From assembly GCA_965153285.1 (NCBI GenBank), contig OZ229110.1: 64,000 nt of DNA. The stretch is one strand, 5' to 3'. The stretch is from Podarcis tiliguerta (lineage: Eukaryota). Shown one piece after another: positions 27,714 through 40,655 of this stretch (positions are counted from its first letter, which is position 1; the number at the start of each line of letters is the position of its first letter). The position numbers and the translations under genes were made by a program. The notes beneath the pieces are model-generated. The model did no database searches and was not told the DNA's origin. It saw only the letters and a program-made list of their open reading frames with translations.

Positions 27714-29043
27714 GTGAGTTGAGTTTCAGTCCAGTGTTTTGTTGGCTTAGGATGGTGATAGCGGGTTATATGTGGGTATGCCATGTTTGTATGGTGGGTG
27801 TGTATATATAACATAAGAATGGTATGCTGTAGAATAGCAGAGGTATTCAAACTTTTTTTGTGAAGGGCAGGAATGCTGTAGCTGGAAAGTATATAATCTG
27901 AGAGAAGTGTAGGTGTCCTTAGCTGTGTGGTATGAAAGAGTAATGAATAGTGGTGAACAGGGTGTGGGTAAAAAATTCTTCTTTGTGGGGGGATGCTGTT
28001 GAGTGGCTGACATCTGTATGATGCTTTGATAGCCTGAGGATCATTGGGTAACTCTAGAATAATTACTACCTTTGTTGGCATGGTTCCTATTAAAACAAGT
28101 AGGTAACAGAAAAGATATAGAGATGTGAAGGGGTGGTGGAGGAAGTAAAAAAGGGAACCCATTTTTTGTTTTTCTTTCTTCCTTGGGCCTTCACATGTTT
28201 ACAAAGCATTGTACTGGGGTAGCTAGCCCTCAGTTTATGGGCCTCGCCCAGCCTACAGGCAAATTTTTCTCGCCTCCCAAGAGCCCACCAATTTTGACAG
28301 TGGGAAAAAAAGTTGACACAGTGCAGACGCAACTCTCCTCCTTTCCTGTCATCCGATAAATCATTTGATGAGCAGAGAGAGGAGATAAACCCCCATCATC
28401 AGCTGATCTGTGTTTTGAATTTGGTTGCATTTCGGTGTTTCCAAGTGGTGCATTTAGATCTTGTTTAGAGCATGGATGGAGAACTTTTTTTCTGACTGGA
28501 AGGCTATATCTTTATCTCCCCCATCCCTGGAGGGCCCAAGTGGACCTGTTAGCCCTGCCCACCTGTTAGCCACCTGACGGCATAGTGACATAATGTGATT
28601 CTTTGTTGGGACTTCAAAGCAAATGGGGGGTTCCTCATGCAGGGATTTTTACAAAAGACTTTTAGATACCCTTTCTGTCCTGAATTTCTCTTTCAAACCA
28701 CGGTGGCTTGAAGGAGAAGCAGCAGCGGTGGGTGTGCTGGTTGGAGGAGCACTCCCTGCCATTCATTAGCTGATGAGTGAGTGGTAAGGTTGCACTTTAC
28801 TCAAGGCTTTCAAATGCCCCCCCCCCCAGTGTTTCTCCTTCAAATCTTCATGGATTTGCAGGGTGGGGGGGGGCATTTGCACCTATTCCATCAGCTGATG
28901 GGTGTGTCACAGTGCACCTTCAAATGCCCCCTTTTTGCAGTTCTTTCATTGGAGGAGTTAAGCTGCTGTTGGCTATTGATACAGAGTTACTAAACTAGCC
29001 CATAAATTAAGTTTTCTGTGGCCTATTTTGCTTCCTCTCTCAG

Positions 29044-29132
29044 GCTTTGTTTGTCAGGATCCAGGTCAGCGGTTCAGCCGAACATCATATTTTACCCCTG
29101 AGGGAAGGAGACATCCTTATCAGAAACCTCAA
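29044..29132 (+). CDS. TTLL5: TTLL5 coding exon (approx. 15): FVCQDPGQRFSRTSYFTPEGRRHPYQKPQ
   Basis: ctctctcag| and |gtaagg, 89 nt. Has the GFVCQDP..QKPQ signature. Confidence 0.95.
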
Positions 29133-29996
29133 GTAAGGAGAAATTTGAGAACGTAGCTGAAAGATAAAAACCTTCTCTTCTGCTATTAACAGATTATGAA
29201 GACGGGTTTAAGCAAGGATGATTGCCATTTCATTTATTCATTCTTATCTGACAACTTTGTGATTTCTTTGATTATTTTGTATCTTAGTACTTCATCGCTG
29301 TGTATGGCTTCTATACTGCTGGAAGTGAAATTGACCTCTAGATGCTAACCATTCCCCGCACCCAATCCTTTGCTATTTTGATTATGGTTATGGTGATTAT
29401 ATAGTGCCATCAGTGTGCATGGTGCTTTGGAGTACAAGAGGACAGGTCTTTGTTCCAATGAACTTATAGTCAACACAGGGAAATGAGAAGAAAAGGGTGA
29501 ACTGGTCATCAGTCTGGCATTGTTTCATTTACATGTGCTTTTGCTTTAGTCTTTTCAAGCAGAAGAGGAAGTTGGTTTTAAACATTTCACATTCAGCACT
29601 ATTGTGTGCTGCATGTATAATCCTAAACGTCTTGAGTACATATTTAAGAGGTAAAAATGTAATGATGAGGATGAAGCAAAAGCAGTTGACATTTTACGCA
29701 GATTAAAAATGTACGCTAGATGGGTGATAGTTGTAATATCCTGCTTGCATGATGTTCTTCCACTCATGCAAATGTGTCTTCCCTTTCCTTTCCTCCTCAC
29801 TTTAGCTCACACCCTCAAAATCTGCTCCATATACTTGAGAGACTCTCTGGAGCAGATTGAGGAGGGAGAGGCATAGGAAATCTGGTCATGTCTGTTGGTG
29901 TGAAATCTATGCATTTATGACATGCTACATGAGCAGAGTTGCTTCCAGGATTCAAAGGGGAACATCAAATCATTATTCTTTGTCTTTCTCTTGTAG

Positions 29997-30038
29997 CGCC
30001 CTGTTTCTGCACAGTCCCGATCAACAAATGCCAAATTG
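29997..30038 (+). CDS. TTLL5: TTLL5 42-nt in-frame cassette exon: RPVSAQSRSTNAKL
   Basis: tctttctcttgtag| and |gtaggt, phase 0-0, open. Similar in position and length to an alternative exon I recall in mammalian TTLL5 isoforms. Confidence 0.8.
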
Positions 30039-31722
30039 GTAGGTATTGGGCTGTTATGTTTCTTCATTTACAAACTTCCATTTGTCTATTTCAAAATTTA
30101 AAGTAATATATTTATTTTGTCTGCAGTGACTTTTAAGACACTATAAAGGAATGGTAAAGAGGTTCAGGGGAGAGAAATGAACAAGGCATATGGAATGGCA
30201 GGAGCTGCAAGCAGGTGATAACCCTTAATGTGCCTGCCTGCCTCTCTCCCGCACTTACTTTACCTAAAATTGCAGCCATTTGTGTCGTGAATCCCAACTT
30301 TGTTTCAGAATAAAGCACACACATTAAGCAAGATTATGCAAGCTCTGCAAAATATGCATGTTACTGCAACAAATTCAAAATTTAGATTATTAGTATGCAT
30401 ATTTTTGAAACATGGAGAAATACCAATGTAAGAGAGAAGAAAGACAAGAAAGGTTGTACTAAGATAAGAAGAAACCTTGGAAACTGGGTGCTCATAACTG
30501 ACTTAATGATGGCAGAGGCAAGCACACACAACTGTTTGGTGTTATTTTCATACAAAGCATCCTAGAGTCAAAGAGGAGGTAATAGACACATCTTGTTCAA
30601 GAGAAGAAATTATACTTTCCCTTGATTATGCCTTAAAAATAGCAGAAGATCCATACTATAACTGGCTGGAAGAATTACAGTTTATTATTATTTTTAAGTA
30701 CGTAATGGGAAAGATTGCTGAACTAGATGAAGTTTTGGGCTGATCCAGCAAACCTCTTCTGTGTTCATTCATAAGCCTGAGTTACTTACTGATAATAGGT
30801 CTTCTTTTGTCTAGGTTTGTATATGTCTCTTCTGAGGCAAATTTTAAAACTCTGCTTTTCTGTGTTAAGAGGGATATATCCCATATGTAATAATTGGGCA
30901 TATTGCTAATATTCATATCTTTATGGAGATGGATCAAGCTGGGCCTTTAATCTGTGGTGCAGCTGAACTTGGTTTTAGCTTCAGCTACTTTGATCTCAAG
31001 GTTTAAAAAAACTCTTTCGGCACTTATTATCTCAAGGTCTTTAAATACCTTTTGTTTTCCGCCTTGACAGTGCTGCTAGGTCAAAAATGTCTTGCCTGGA
31101 TTTCAGCTTCTGCTCCCCCACCCCTTTGTTTGCAATTTGTACTTGCCCATTACTAACTCATACAGCCTTGTGACGTTAGATAGAGCTGAATGCAGGATAT
31201 GCAATCTTCTGGCTTAGTAAAGATCTTTAGCTGTGGTCATTTTAACACTTGGAACTAGCGTAAATACAGATGAGCTGCATTTATTTTCCTTACTGTAGCT
31301 TCACCTCCTAAGCAGTTTACTACTACAAGACATGGGTTATCCAGCAATTGAGAGCTGGAAATGTTACCCCCCGGGTACCAGAGCCAGGAATATGTGTCAT
31401 GTTTTGCCCATAGAGACAGAAGCTGTGAATGCTGGCTCCTGCTATTTTGGGGTGTGGTTCTGTGGTCAAACACTGGGAATGTGAAGTTTGGCTTTGGTAT
31501 TGAATGGGGTGTGGACTTGCTATAGTTGGAGGCAGAGAGTGTGAATCCTGGCATTGGTGCCCTTGGATTCTTCTGCCTCTTGACTCCTGGTTCTGATGCC
31601 TGGAGAGTGATGTCTCTTGCTGGGCAAATGACTTTGGTATTTGAAACCCCGTTAAAAATAATTGGAATAAGATTAGAAGGAGGGGAAATGCTAAAATCCG
31701 GTTTCTCATTGTGATTCTACAG

Positions 31723-31836
31723 CGTTCTCGGCCGCTGTCTGCCAGTGATGCTGAGATGAAAAACCTTACGCCCTCAGCAAAGGAGAAAACAGTAGGAAGG
31801 CATTTTGGCTCCATGCTGGGGCTCTCCATGGAGGAG
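31723..31836 (+). CDS. TTLL5: TTLL5 coding exon (approx. 16): [38 protein letters not shown]
   Basis: ctacag| and |gtaagg, 114 nt. Confidence 0.96.
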
Positions 31837-32266
31837 GTAAGGGTTGTCATGTACTGTATTCGCTCACTGGACATGGTACATGTGCAGAAGAAGGGAACAA
31901 TTAGTCACCATGAATGGGTGCATTTGGCTACCAGATGCCTCTGCCTTGTGTCAGCAGACTGAGACTGGCATCTTGGCAGCATAGATAGGGAAATTAAGGG
32001 ACAAAGAATAAAATGGCTTGTCTTTTAAAAGTGGAACTGTTACTATTGACCCCATAACTAAATGATTCACAGGGATTATGTGTATCTCAATGCATTCCAT
32101 CCCAAGGTTCACCCTTTCCATTATTTGTTTTTATTTATTTGAAAGATTTATTACTCACCTTTCATGAAAAGTGATGCCAGGTCAAGTTACATCAAGACGA
32201 CAAAACCAATTCAAACCTAAACAACTAAAAAGTACTAATGCCTTTCATTGCTTGTTCTGATTCCAG

Positions 32267-32358
32267 ATAAAAGTCTTGCGTCGAGTGAAGGAGGAATATG
32301 AGCGAAGAGGGGGATTCATTCGTATATTCCCTACGCCATTAACTTGGGACACTTATGG
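32267..32358 (+). CDS. TTLL5: TTLL5 coding exon (approx. 17): [31 protein letters not shown]
   Basis: ttccag| and |gtgagc, 92 nt. Contains the GGFxRIFP motif. Confidence 0.96.
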
Positions 32359-32709
32359 GTGAGCAAAAGTTCTAATTTTGATTCTTTCATCCTGGAATGA
32401 TAGAAGACATTAGGAGGTAGAAGATGCAAATGCTAATTTATTCCCACCTTAGTACACTCTCAAAGACCATTCATTATGCTTTAAATTTCACTTTCAGGGT
32501 CTTTTTGCATATCAAACGCTGTCGCCTTTTGTGCTATCTAATTCTTACCAGCTTCCTTATTAGTCTTACCTTTTCCTCCATTCCTGACAGATGAAGCTAT
32601 TTCCCCCTCACTTTTCATGAGAAGCTTTCACTTTTTCCTCACTGAGTCTTCCATTTTTAAATACTCCTAATCTGAATTTAAACTGACTCCCTTCCTCTTG
32701 TTTTTTCAG

Positions 32710-32772
32710 ATCCTATATGGAGCACAAGACGACAATGAACTATATGCTGGCCTCTCGCCTTTTCAGCGACAG
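32710..32772 (+). CDS. TTLL5: TTLL5 coding exon (approx. 18): SYMEHKTTMNYMLASRLFSDR
   Basis: tttttcag| and |gtagga, 63 nt. Confidence 0.95.
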
Positions 32773-33329
32773 GTAGGAAAGTGGTTCTAGGAGTCTGCAG
32801 TACAGAAGGAGACCCATAGGAGGAAAGAGAAATGAAAGTGAACATGAAGAGCAGGTTGCTTGTAGACAAAGTACTGGGTCCATTGGGCAGTTGCTCGTAG
32901 AATGCATTTTGGCTCTTAGCTCACTAGCTGGAGCAAACAGTAACAGAAACAGAGTAATTCACAGGCTTATAAAGAAGGCAGTTCTCAAGAACATAACAAT
33001 TGCCTTGGCTGTTCAGATGAAAGCCTTCCTCAATGGGTAGCTAGCTCCTTCTGGAGGTTCATGAGAAGAGCCTTCTAGATCAGACCAATGGACCACCTAG
33101 TCCAGCATCCGGTTCTCACAGTGGCCAACCAGATACCAGTTGGCCAACCAAGCTGATTTGGGGAGTGAGGAGAGAAGGTGAAAAGCCTTGTTATGGAAGC
33201 CTTTCTGCAGGACTTTTGCTGATGGGATTCATTAGGCGAATCCTGCCTTGGGCTTTTAATGTATCTGCTTTATGTTGATGTAGTATGATTGTAATGTAAT
33301 CACAATATTCTTTTTTCACTGTTCTGCAG

Positions 33330-33365
33330 AGGGTCAAGAAGATGCCTAATTTCTAAACGAACTCG
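33330..33365 (+). CDS. TTLL5: TTLL5 36-nt in-frame cassette microexon: GSRRCLISKRT(R)
   Basis: ttttttcactgttctgcag| and CG|gtaagc, phase 2-2, open. Resembles an alternative peptide (GNPRRSLLTGR-like) I recall in mammalian isoforms. Confidence 0.78.
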
Positions 33366-33973
33366 GTAAGCAGCTTGTATAGGCAAGTTATTAAAGGAAA
33401 AAGGTTGGTTTTGTATTTTTGACCATGCAGTCACCTTAGACTTTAGATGGGACTCTTTTTGTCAAACAATAGAAGGTTGTTTTCAAGGCTAATTGCTGTG
33501 TTTGGGGGTAGTGAGAAATGTTCCCTATGCGCTGAGACATCTAGCAGGAGACCTTTTACAGAGGAATTGGGGGGTTTTTTTGCAGTGGGGGCTGTAGTTG
33601 TGGAGGGAAGTGGTAACCCTCTGCTTCCCATTTCTGTGATCCTCATACCCTGGCCAAATATTCCTTGCATGGGAAATAGTCTTAAAAATGTTTCTGTGTT
33701 AGGGGGTTCCCTCTTTGGTGGTCTGTGTCATTTGTTTCGGTTTAAGTATTGTGGGATTGCTTGTTGCTCTGCTGTTATGAAATGGCTGTGAAAGCTGAAT
33801 TAGTTACTTGCTATTATTGTTTTGCTAAGGTCCAATATTATTGTTTTTATGGTTGCATAGTTAAACTCTCAACTACCTGTTTTTAATGGTGAAAACTGGA
33901 GGAGTATTGTGTTGCTGGATTTTTGTGATTTTCAATTATTACTTTAAACTGTGTGTTGGCCAGAGAACATCCA

Positions 33974-33976
<3 letters not shown>

Positions 33977-34012
<36 letters not shown>
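33977..34012. repeat. (GT)18 microsatellite
   Basis: Perfect dinucleotide run. Confidence 0.97.
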
Positions 34013-34016
<4 letters not shown>

Positions 34017-34021
34017 CAATA

Positions 34022-34257
34022 CAGTGGTACCTCGGGTTACATACGCTTCAGGTTACATATGCTTCAGGTTACAAACTCCGCTAACCCAGAAATAGTGCTT
34101 CAGGTTAAGAACTTTGCTTCAGTATGAGAATAGAAATCGTGCTCTGGCGGCACGGCAGGCGGCCCCATTAGCTAAAGTGGTGCTTCAGGTTAAGAACAGT
34201 TTCAGGTTAAGAACGGACCTCTGGAACGAATTAACTACTTAACCCAAGGTACCACTG
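34022..34257 (-). mobile_element. Tc1/mariner MITE, family A, opposite orientation to the other three copies
   Basis: TA|CAGTGGTACCTCGGGTTAC...AAGGTACCACTG|TA. The interior is the reverse complement of 25585-25825. Confidence 0.93.
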
Positions 34258-35052
34258 TATATAAAAAGGTCAGAGGAGAATTCAAAACAAAATGTCAAAA
34301 GCATAATAATAATAATAATAATAATTTATTATTTATACCCTGTCCATCTTGCTGGGTTTCCCCAGCCACTCTGGGTAGCTTCCAGCAGAATATTAAAATA
34401 CAATGATTCATCAAATAACACAAGCTTCTTACCTGGCCTAGGTGGTCTCTGACCAGGAGTTTTCCCAGTTACTTGGTTGTAGAAAATAGTTGTTTCTTTA
34501 ACCAATCTCTAAAAAGGGAGATCAACATAGCCTACCTCAGAACAGCAAAACATGGACAAGCAGGAAATTGCCCCTGTGCATTCTAGACCCAGAGGGAAGT
34601 TCTTTCTGTGGCCCTGAGAACTCTATTGACTTTTCCAGTTTTGCTTTTTCAGTAAGCAAAATCTGAAACTGAAAGAGAAGGATGTGTATAGTGCTGCGGG
34701 TAGCAGGACAAGTTTTGGATTGCATATCAGAGATTATGATTTTATTCTAAGTAGTGTTTTCCAGAAAATTGAAATTAAAATAGAAATTTTAAAATAGTGT
34801 GGCCAGTCCCTGCAGAAAGCAGAGCTTGGAGTCACTCCCTATCAGTTGATGGGCAGAAACCTCAAGTTAGTGTAATGTACATAGATTTGTCATGAAAATT
34901 AATAAATCTTTTAGGAAGAAAGAAATAGTTATAGTTTTGTTGTGTACTACCTGTTGGTGGTCCTTATAAAGAATTATTGTAGATGTATTTATATTTACAG
35001 ATTAAGCAACAACAGTTCTTTGAGACCATTAATTAACATACCAATAGATCAT

Positions 35053-35200
35053 GGATAGCTCAGTTGGTCAGAGCATGGTGCTGATAATGCCAAGGTTGCA
35101 GGTTTGATTCCCGTGTGGGACAGCTGCATATTCCTGCATTTCAGGGGGTTGGACAAGATAATCCTCAGGGTCCCTTCCAACTCTACATTTCTATGATTCT
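35053..35200 (+). mobile_element. SINE with tRNA-Ile-derived head and CR1-derived tail
   Basis: tagctcagttggtcagagcatggtgctGATaatgccaaggttgcaggtttgattcccgt fused to attcctgcatttcagggggttggac..ccaactctacatttctatgattct. Confidence 0.87.
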
Positions 35201-36242
35201 GTTATCCCTGGACACTGGGCAGAGTGGCTTTCCTATCAGCTAGTTGTGCCCATTGACTCATTACAGTACTTATGTTGCATTTTCACCAGTTGATCAGATA
35301 ACAGAAGGTTAGAGAAGTATGAATTTCTTAGTGCAGCTGGCTGTTTGCCTGTGGAGAAAGAACATGACTTACAGTAAGGTCAGAACACAGAGGCATTAGC
35401 ACAGTTTTAAGCAATAACTGGCTACTTCCGCAATGTTCAGAATCTTATTCAGTAGCCTACAGGTGGTGCTCCATTTTTCCTGGTCCACAGCACATGACAT
35501 TTCTGCTGCAGACAAACAGTTCATAAATTGCAATTCGATTGTCACAGATCTTGATTTCTGGACAAAATAATCTAATACCTGTGAGACTTATTTTGGTTTA
35601 AGTCTGTTGTTTGTTTCACATTTTCAGTAGGCTGTATGTTTCAAATTGTGGTTGTAATTTTTTTAGTGATAATTTTATTGTTTTATTGTTTTATCTTTTT
35701 TGTAGACTGCTTTGAAGTCTTTTCTATAATCAGGCAGTATATAATTTTAATTAAATAAATAAATCTTGCATTTTACATTGTAATGTGTAGTTCAGTGAGC
35801 AAGCACTTGTTCTGTAGGTTGTCTACTCTGGCTCTCTGATTAAAAGAGAACAAATAAATATTTAGCAAGCAGAATAATTCAAAACTAAGTAGGAGTTAAA
35901 AGGAAATTCCCTATAATGTTCTTTGTATTCTGCACCATAGGAAAGTAAATCATTAATATTAAAGAGTCTTCACACATACAGTGAAGCTGAGAGAGGGGTG
36001 CATTTCCATTCATTTCAAAATTCATCCCTGAAAAAGCATCTCCTTCTCTTCTGCAGTCGGTTCTTCAGGCACAAGATGCCAGTTTCCAAAATCAGTTTTT
36101 TCCAGGCAGAAAATTACAGGAACCTTAGGTTTCTTGCACTTTAACTCCTCCTAGTTAACAAGATATATCCTCAACAGGCACAAGACAGAGTTCAAAGGTG
36201 CAGTCTTTAAAATCACACAATTCTTGCTCTTTTACTCTTTAG

Positions 36243-36299
36243 AGGCCTTGACTTGCAACGTGGTCATCTCGCCGCCAGATGTCTCAGGACCGAGTCCAG
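36243..36299 (+). CDS. TTLL5: Candidate additional 57-nt TTLL5 cassette exon: GLDLQRGHLAARCLRTES
   Basis: ttcttgctcttttactctttag| and CAG|gtaata, phase 2-2 matching the host intron, no stop, locally GC/CpG-rich. No recognised homologous peptide. Confidence 0.45.
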
Positions 36300-39200
36300 G
36301 TAATAAAACTACTCACTCTTCCCCCCCTCCTTTGGATTTACATATGGCTTCACATACCCTTTGATCCCAACTAAGCAGTAGTTCAAAGCTTTATAAACTG
36401 GGGCTAGCTGCAAGCTCTTGTCCCCTCTACTCAGCCTCAAGTACAGTCTCTGCTTCAGAAAATTCACAGATCTCAGCAAGATCTCAAAAAGATACAAGTA
36501 TCATAACTTCCTATTTTCTTTTCATAATTCCAGCATTGCAGACAGCAGAGAATATTGGCAAATCTAGGAGAAACCTTATGAAATATTTTTATCAGCATCT
36601 TCCACATTATTCCATATATGGAGAAGCACTGAGTTCACTAGGCTAGGATTTTTCTGTATATTTTCCCCCAAACTATGATTCTTGTAAGTCCCTGCCCTCC
36701 TCAAAGGCCACTTTGGGGAATTCTCAACCCCCTGTGAACTCTGTTTCCCTTCAGCTTCTGAATGCAGACATATTTCTGCTGAAGAGTTCCACCCTCACAG
36801 TTGCCGAGTTTAGCCAGTATTTCTGCTCTTGGTTCATATAACCTTACAGGCTGTTCCAGTAAGACCCAGGGAGTCTTCAGTTACAGAATTATAATTAAAA
36901 AGTAAATTTGTGTGCATTTAAGGAGATCAAAGTTTACATTGCTTTAAAGTAAATGGAATTAATTCAAAACAAAATACCAAAAACATGGGGATAATAGTTA
37001 ATATTTCTTACACACCTAGCCTATAGTGTCTGATCCAGAGGTCTTCTAAGTACTGTACTTTTAAAATTATTTATTATTTATTGAATTTGCATACCATCCT
37101 TCATCTGAAGATCACAGGACGGTTCACAACATTAAAATGAGAACACCAAATACAGAGAAAACAAACAAACACAAAAATTCCCCTCCCACAAACAATGGCA
37201 ATAGAATATTTAATCAGCCAAAGGCCTGATTACAGAGAACTGTTTTAGCCAATCTGCCAGAATATTGTCCACCCCTGCCAGATGTTCCTCTTTTATGGAA
37301 GCCAGATGGGTTGTTCTGTTAACCGAATGCCCTCCAGTCCACTTTTTCATTTGACCCACCCTGGTTCTGCTTGTTGCCTTCCAGGTTTAGGGGTGGAATA
37401 GACATTCCTGTTGAGGTCATCTCAGTTATCTAGGAATTCCTTTTCACTGTGTGAGGTATTCTTGTTCTGTGTTAAAATACACTGTCTTGTATCTGTGTAT
37501 GTGTGACATAATTTTTTGTGTGGAGCGTGGTTTATGGACTTTGCTTGTGTTAGGGGTTGAGGGGTCTCCTTAGCTCAGTCATTATGATCTGGAGCAGGGG
37601 TCCAGATCTAAGGCCCCTGGGCTGGATCAGGCCCGTCTGAGTTGTGGATTTGGCCTGCACCACGAAGCCAGAACTCGCTGTGAAACCAAGACTCCCGGCA
37701 ATGGCAATGGGAGGAAGAGGCTGAGTGGCGGCGGCTCTGCCAATCAAATGCTGCACCTGGTTTACCTCAGCACAGCACAGGGTAGTATTGTTCAAAGGGC
37801 ACTGCCTATATTCTCTAGTAGGAAGAGTCATCCGGTTAACCGAATGTCCTCCAGTCCCCTCTTCAAACAAAATCACAGTAGTACCAATTTCTGGATTTTT
37901 TGCCAGGCGCCTACTTGATTGTAGAAAATGCTATTTTATGTAGCTTCCTTTATTTAACCAATGCCTACTGCTTGAGGTTAGACATATGGTTCTTCAGAAC
38001 AGCATGGCATGGAAGAGCAGGAAATCACTACACGTTCTAGGCTCCAAATATATCAGAGGCACAGAAAACCACTTTTTAAAAAGCTTCTGACCCTGCCTTT
38101 TCACAGCAAAATCCAGTCTCTCACGGAGAGTGATGACAAATTAACTTTGTACATGTTGGTCACAAGTAGCAAGGCTTGCACTGGCTAGTCAGTGATGATG
38201 TCATTTTGAGCATTCCCTTACAGGAAATGGAAATTAAGCATCATTTATACTGTGTTAATCTGTCTTTGTTCTTTCCCCTGCTCCTATAATTTTCTACTGT
38301 TCCTTAGCTTGTGTTAATATATTGTTTTATATTTTTAATTTTGTGGGCCACTCGTGAGTGATTCTCTCTGAAAACCAGCATATAAACTAATTAAATAAAT
38401 TTTCACAACTCCACAAAGCATAGTTTGCCAGAATATCAGATATTCCTTTTACCATTCATAGGTCACATGCATTTAACCTTACTTATTCAGCAGGATGAAG
38501 AAGTGGGGAGAAGATTTGGGAGGTTTTAATTCACAAAGGAAATGTCACAGGCTAATTCTAATGAAGTTTTAGACTGAAAAGATGAATAACTGACAAAACT
38601 TTAAAAATCCAGCTAGTTTCCTTCACACAGGGCTGGCTCACAGAACTACCAAACCTGGGATCTTTAAAATGCATTGTATTGCTTTTCCAGATTCAGAGTG
38701 ATTACTACAACATTGTATGGCGTTGAATCCATTGAGTTAGCACAGTGCAGCCTGTTGAGGAAACCTTAAGAGAATAAGATCCCTGCTGGATCAGGCCAAG
38801 CAGAAAGTCTAGTATTCTGTTCTCACTGTGGCCAGCTAGATGCTTTCATGAAGCCCACAAGTGCATGAACTCTCTCCCCACTTGTAATTCTCAGGCATCC
38901 AGTAGTGAAGAACTTCATTGTAGCCACTATATGAATCTAAGCGGCAGTTCTCAGATTTCAGAATCCAGTGTCCTCGTTATCCTTGCCTGCATTTAAAAAG
39001 GGCATTTCAGCATTTCTAGAATTGTTTTGCCTGATGACAATTGAGTCTCAATTCCCACAAGGGGGTGCATGGAATGAATTACTCCTTTGCATTCACCAGT
39101 AGCAAAATATACCTGTGCTGTGCTGGCTGGTGACTATCTCTGTTGGAGTGTTCTTGGCATCTGGAATTGCAGGGAATGCCCCTCCTAAAGTTTTATTGCC

Positions 39201-39656
39201 TTTCCTGGCATACTATTGGACATATTTTCTAAGCATACAGATTCTTAGTGGAAAATAGTTTGCTTTTAAGAGGAAAGGAAAATGCTCAGGGATTTTTGGT
39301 GGAAATCTTTTTAAACTTCTTCTAAGACAGCCCTTCAATATAGGAAAACAAATCTTAAAAACAATGAGTCCAAGAACTGATGGCTTCTGCCATGGCCTAA
39401 TGGTGCCCTGATTTGATTAGGATTTCAATGTTCAACACAGAGGCTGAGTGATGTGGCATATATCTTATAGCTGGTGCGGTACTATAATGGTGAGAGTGAT
39501 AAAGATGTTTCTTCAGATCCTTGTTTTAGATCCTTGTTCAGCTGTGCACTGAAGCTCATAGGTAGTCCTAAACAAGTTTTTTTCTTTTTAAGCATAACAT
39601 ACTTCACAGAGCTGTGAGGCTACAAGACTGTTCAGGAGTAGAGTAGGATACAAATA

Positions 39657-39898
39657 CAGTGGTACCTCAGGTTAAGAACTTAATTCGTTCTGGAGGTCCA
39701 TTCTTAACCTGAAACTGTTCTTAACCTGAAGCACCACTTTAGCTAATGGGGCCTCCCGCTGCTGCCGCGCCGCTGCTGCCCAATTTCTGTTCTCACCCTC
39801 AAGCAATGTTCTTAACCCAAGGTACTATTTCTAGGTTGGCGGAGTCTGTAACCTGAAGCGTCTGTAACCTGAAGCGTATGTGACCCAAGGTGCCACTG
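39657..39898 (+). mobile_element. Tc1/mariner MITE, family A
   Basis: TA|CAGTGGTACCTCAGGTTAAG...AAGGTGCCACTG|TA. Confidence 0.93.
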
Positions 39899-40503
39899 TA
39901 AGATGTATTTGGGCAAGGGATGTCCTGGGAGTAGTTGGATAGGCCTCCCTGGTATTAGCTTTCATGTGCACAAATCCAAGGAACTTAATGCTGCATAATC
40001 ATAAAGAGACCAGTATCTTTCCAGTTGGGCCCATGAAGATGTATGAACAAATAAACTGCTTCCTTGTTCAGCCAGTTTCCTCCCCCCACCTCCCACCCCG
40101 GCCCTCCAGCTACTATCCTGTGTGTATAGTTAATATAGAAGCCTAATGCTCATCATGGCTTGTTACACATGGTTCTCTGAGCCCCAGTAAATACACATGC
40201 ACACATACATCCCCATACATCCCCACTGCTTTGAAGAATGGAATAAAAACCTTTGCTCCCGCTAGGGTGACTGTGTGTGTATTCAAAGAGTATCAGTTAC
40301 AGGTAGGTAACTCTGATTCTTCTGTACTCCTTGTGACTGGATAATTCTCAGAAGTGTAACACTGTACTTGTACTAACTCAGTCCTGTTTGTCTGGTGGTG
40401 TAGGAACAGTATAGATTCACTACAGAGACCAGCATATAGGTTTTATCTGGATATGGGTGGGAGGAAAGGCATTGAGGAATCTCCTCCTTCTTGTCTTTTG
40501 CAG

Positions 40504-40655
40504 TTTGAATCTTGCTGGAGAACTGGGTCTGGACATTATGGATTGTAATGCTCAGCTTCATGCTGCTCTGTATGAGCGGAAGCTCCTGTCACTAGAGGTA
40601 CGGAAACGAAGGCGGCGTTTTGGCAAACTGAAACCAGGAAATGCAAAACTGTCAG
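40504..40655 (+). CDS. TTLL5: TTLL5 coding exon (approx. 19): [50 protein letters not shown]
   Basis: ttttgcag| and |gtacat, 152 nt. Has the [21 protein letters not shown] signature. Confidence 0.95.

Noticed and set aside
27692-28162. Minus-strand 156-aa ORF as an L1 endonuclease remnant or antisense gene
   Set aside because: It has only a vague DYILS similarity, which is insufficient without a profile search.
35053-35125. tRNA-Ile gene with rare GAT anticodon
   Set aside because: The acceptor stem and T-loop are degenerate and the sequence is fused to a CR1 tail. It is a SINE head, not a functional tRNA.
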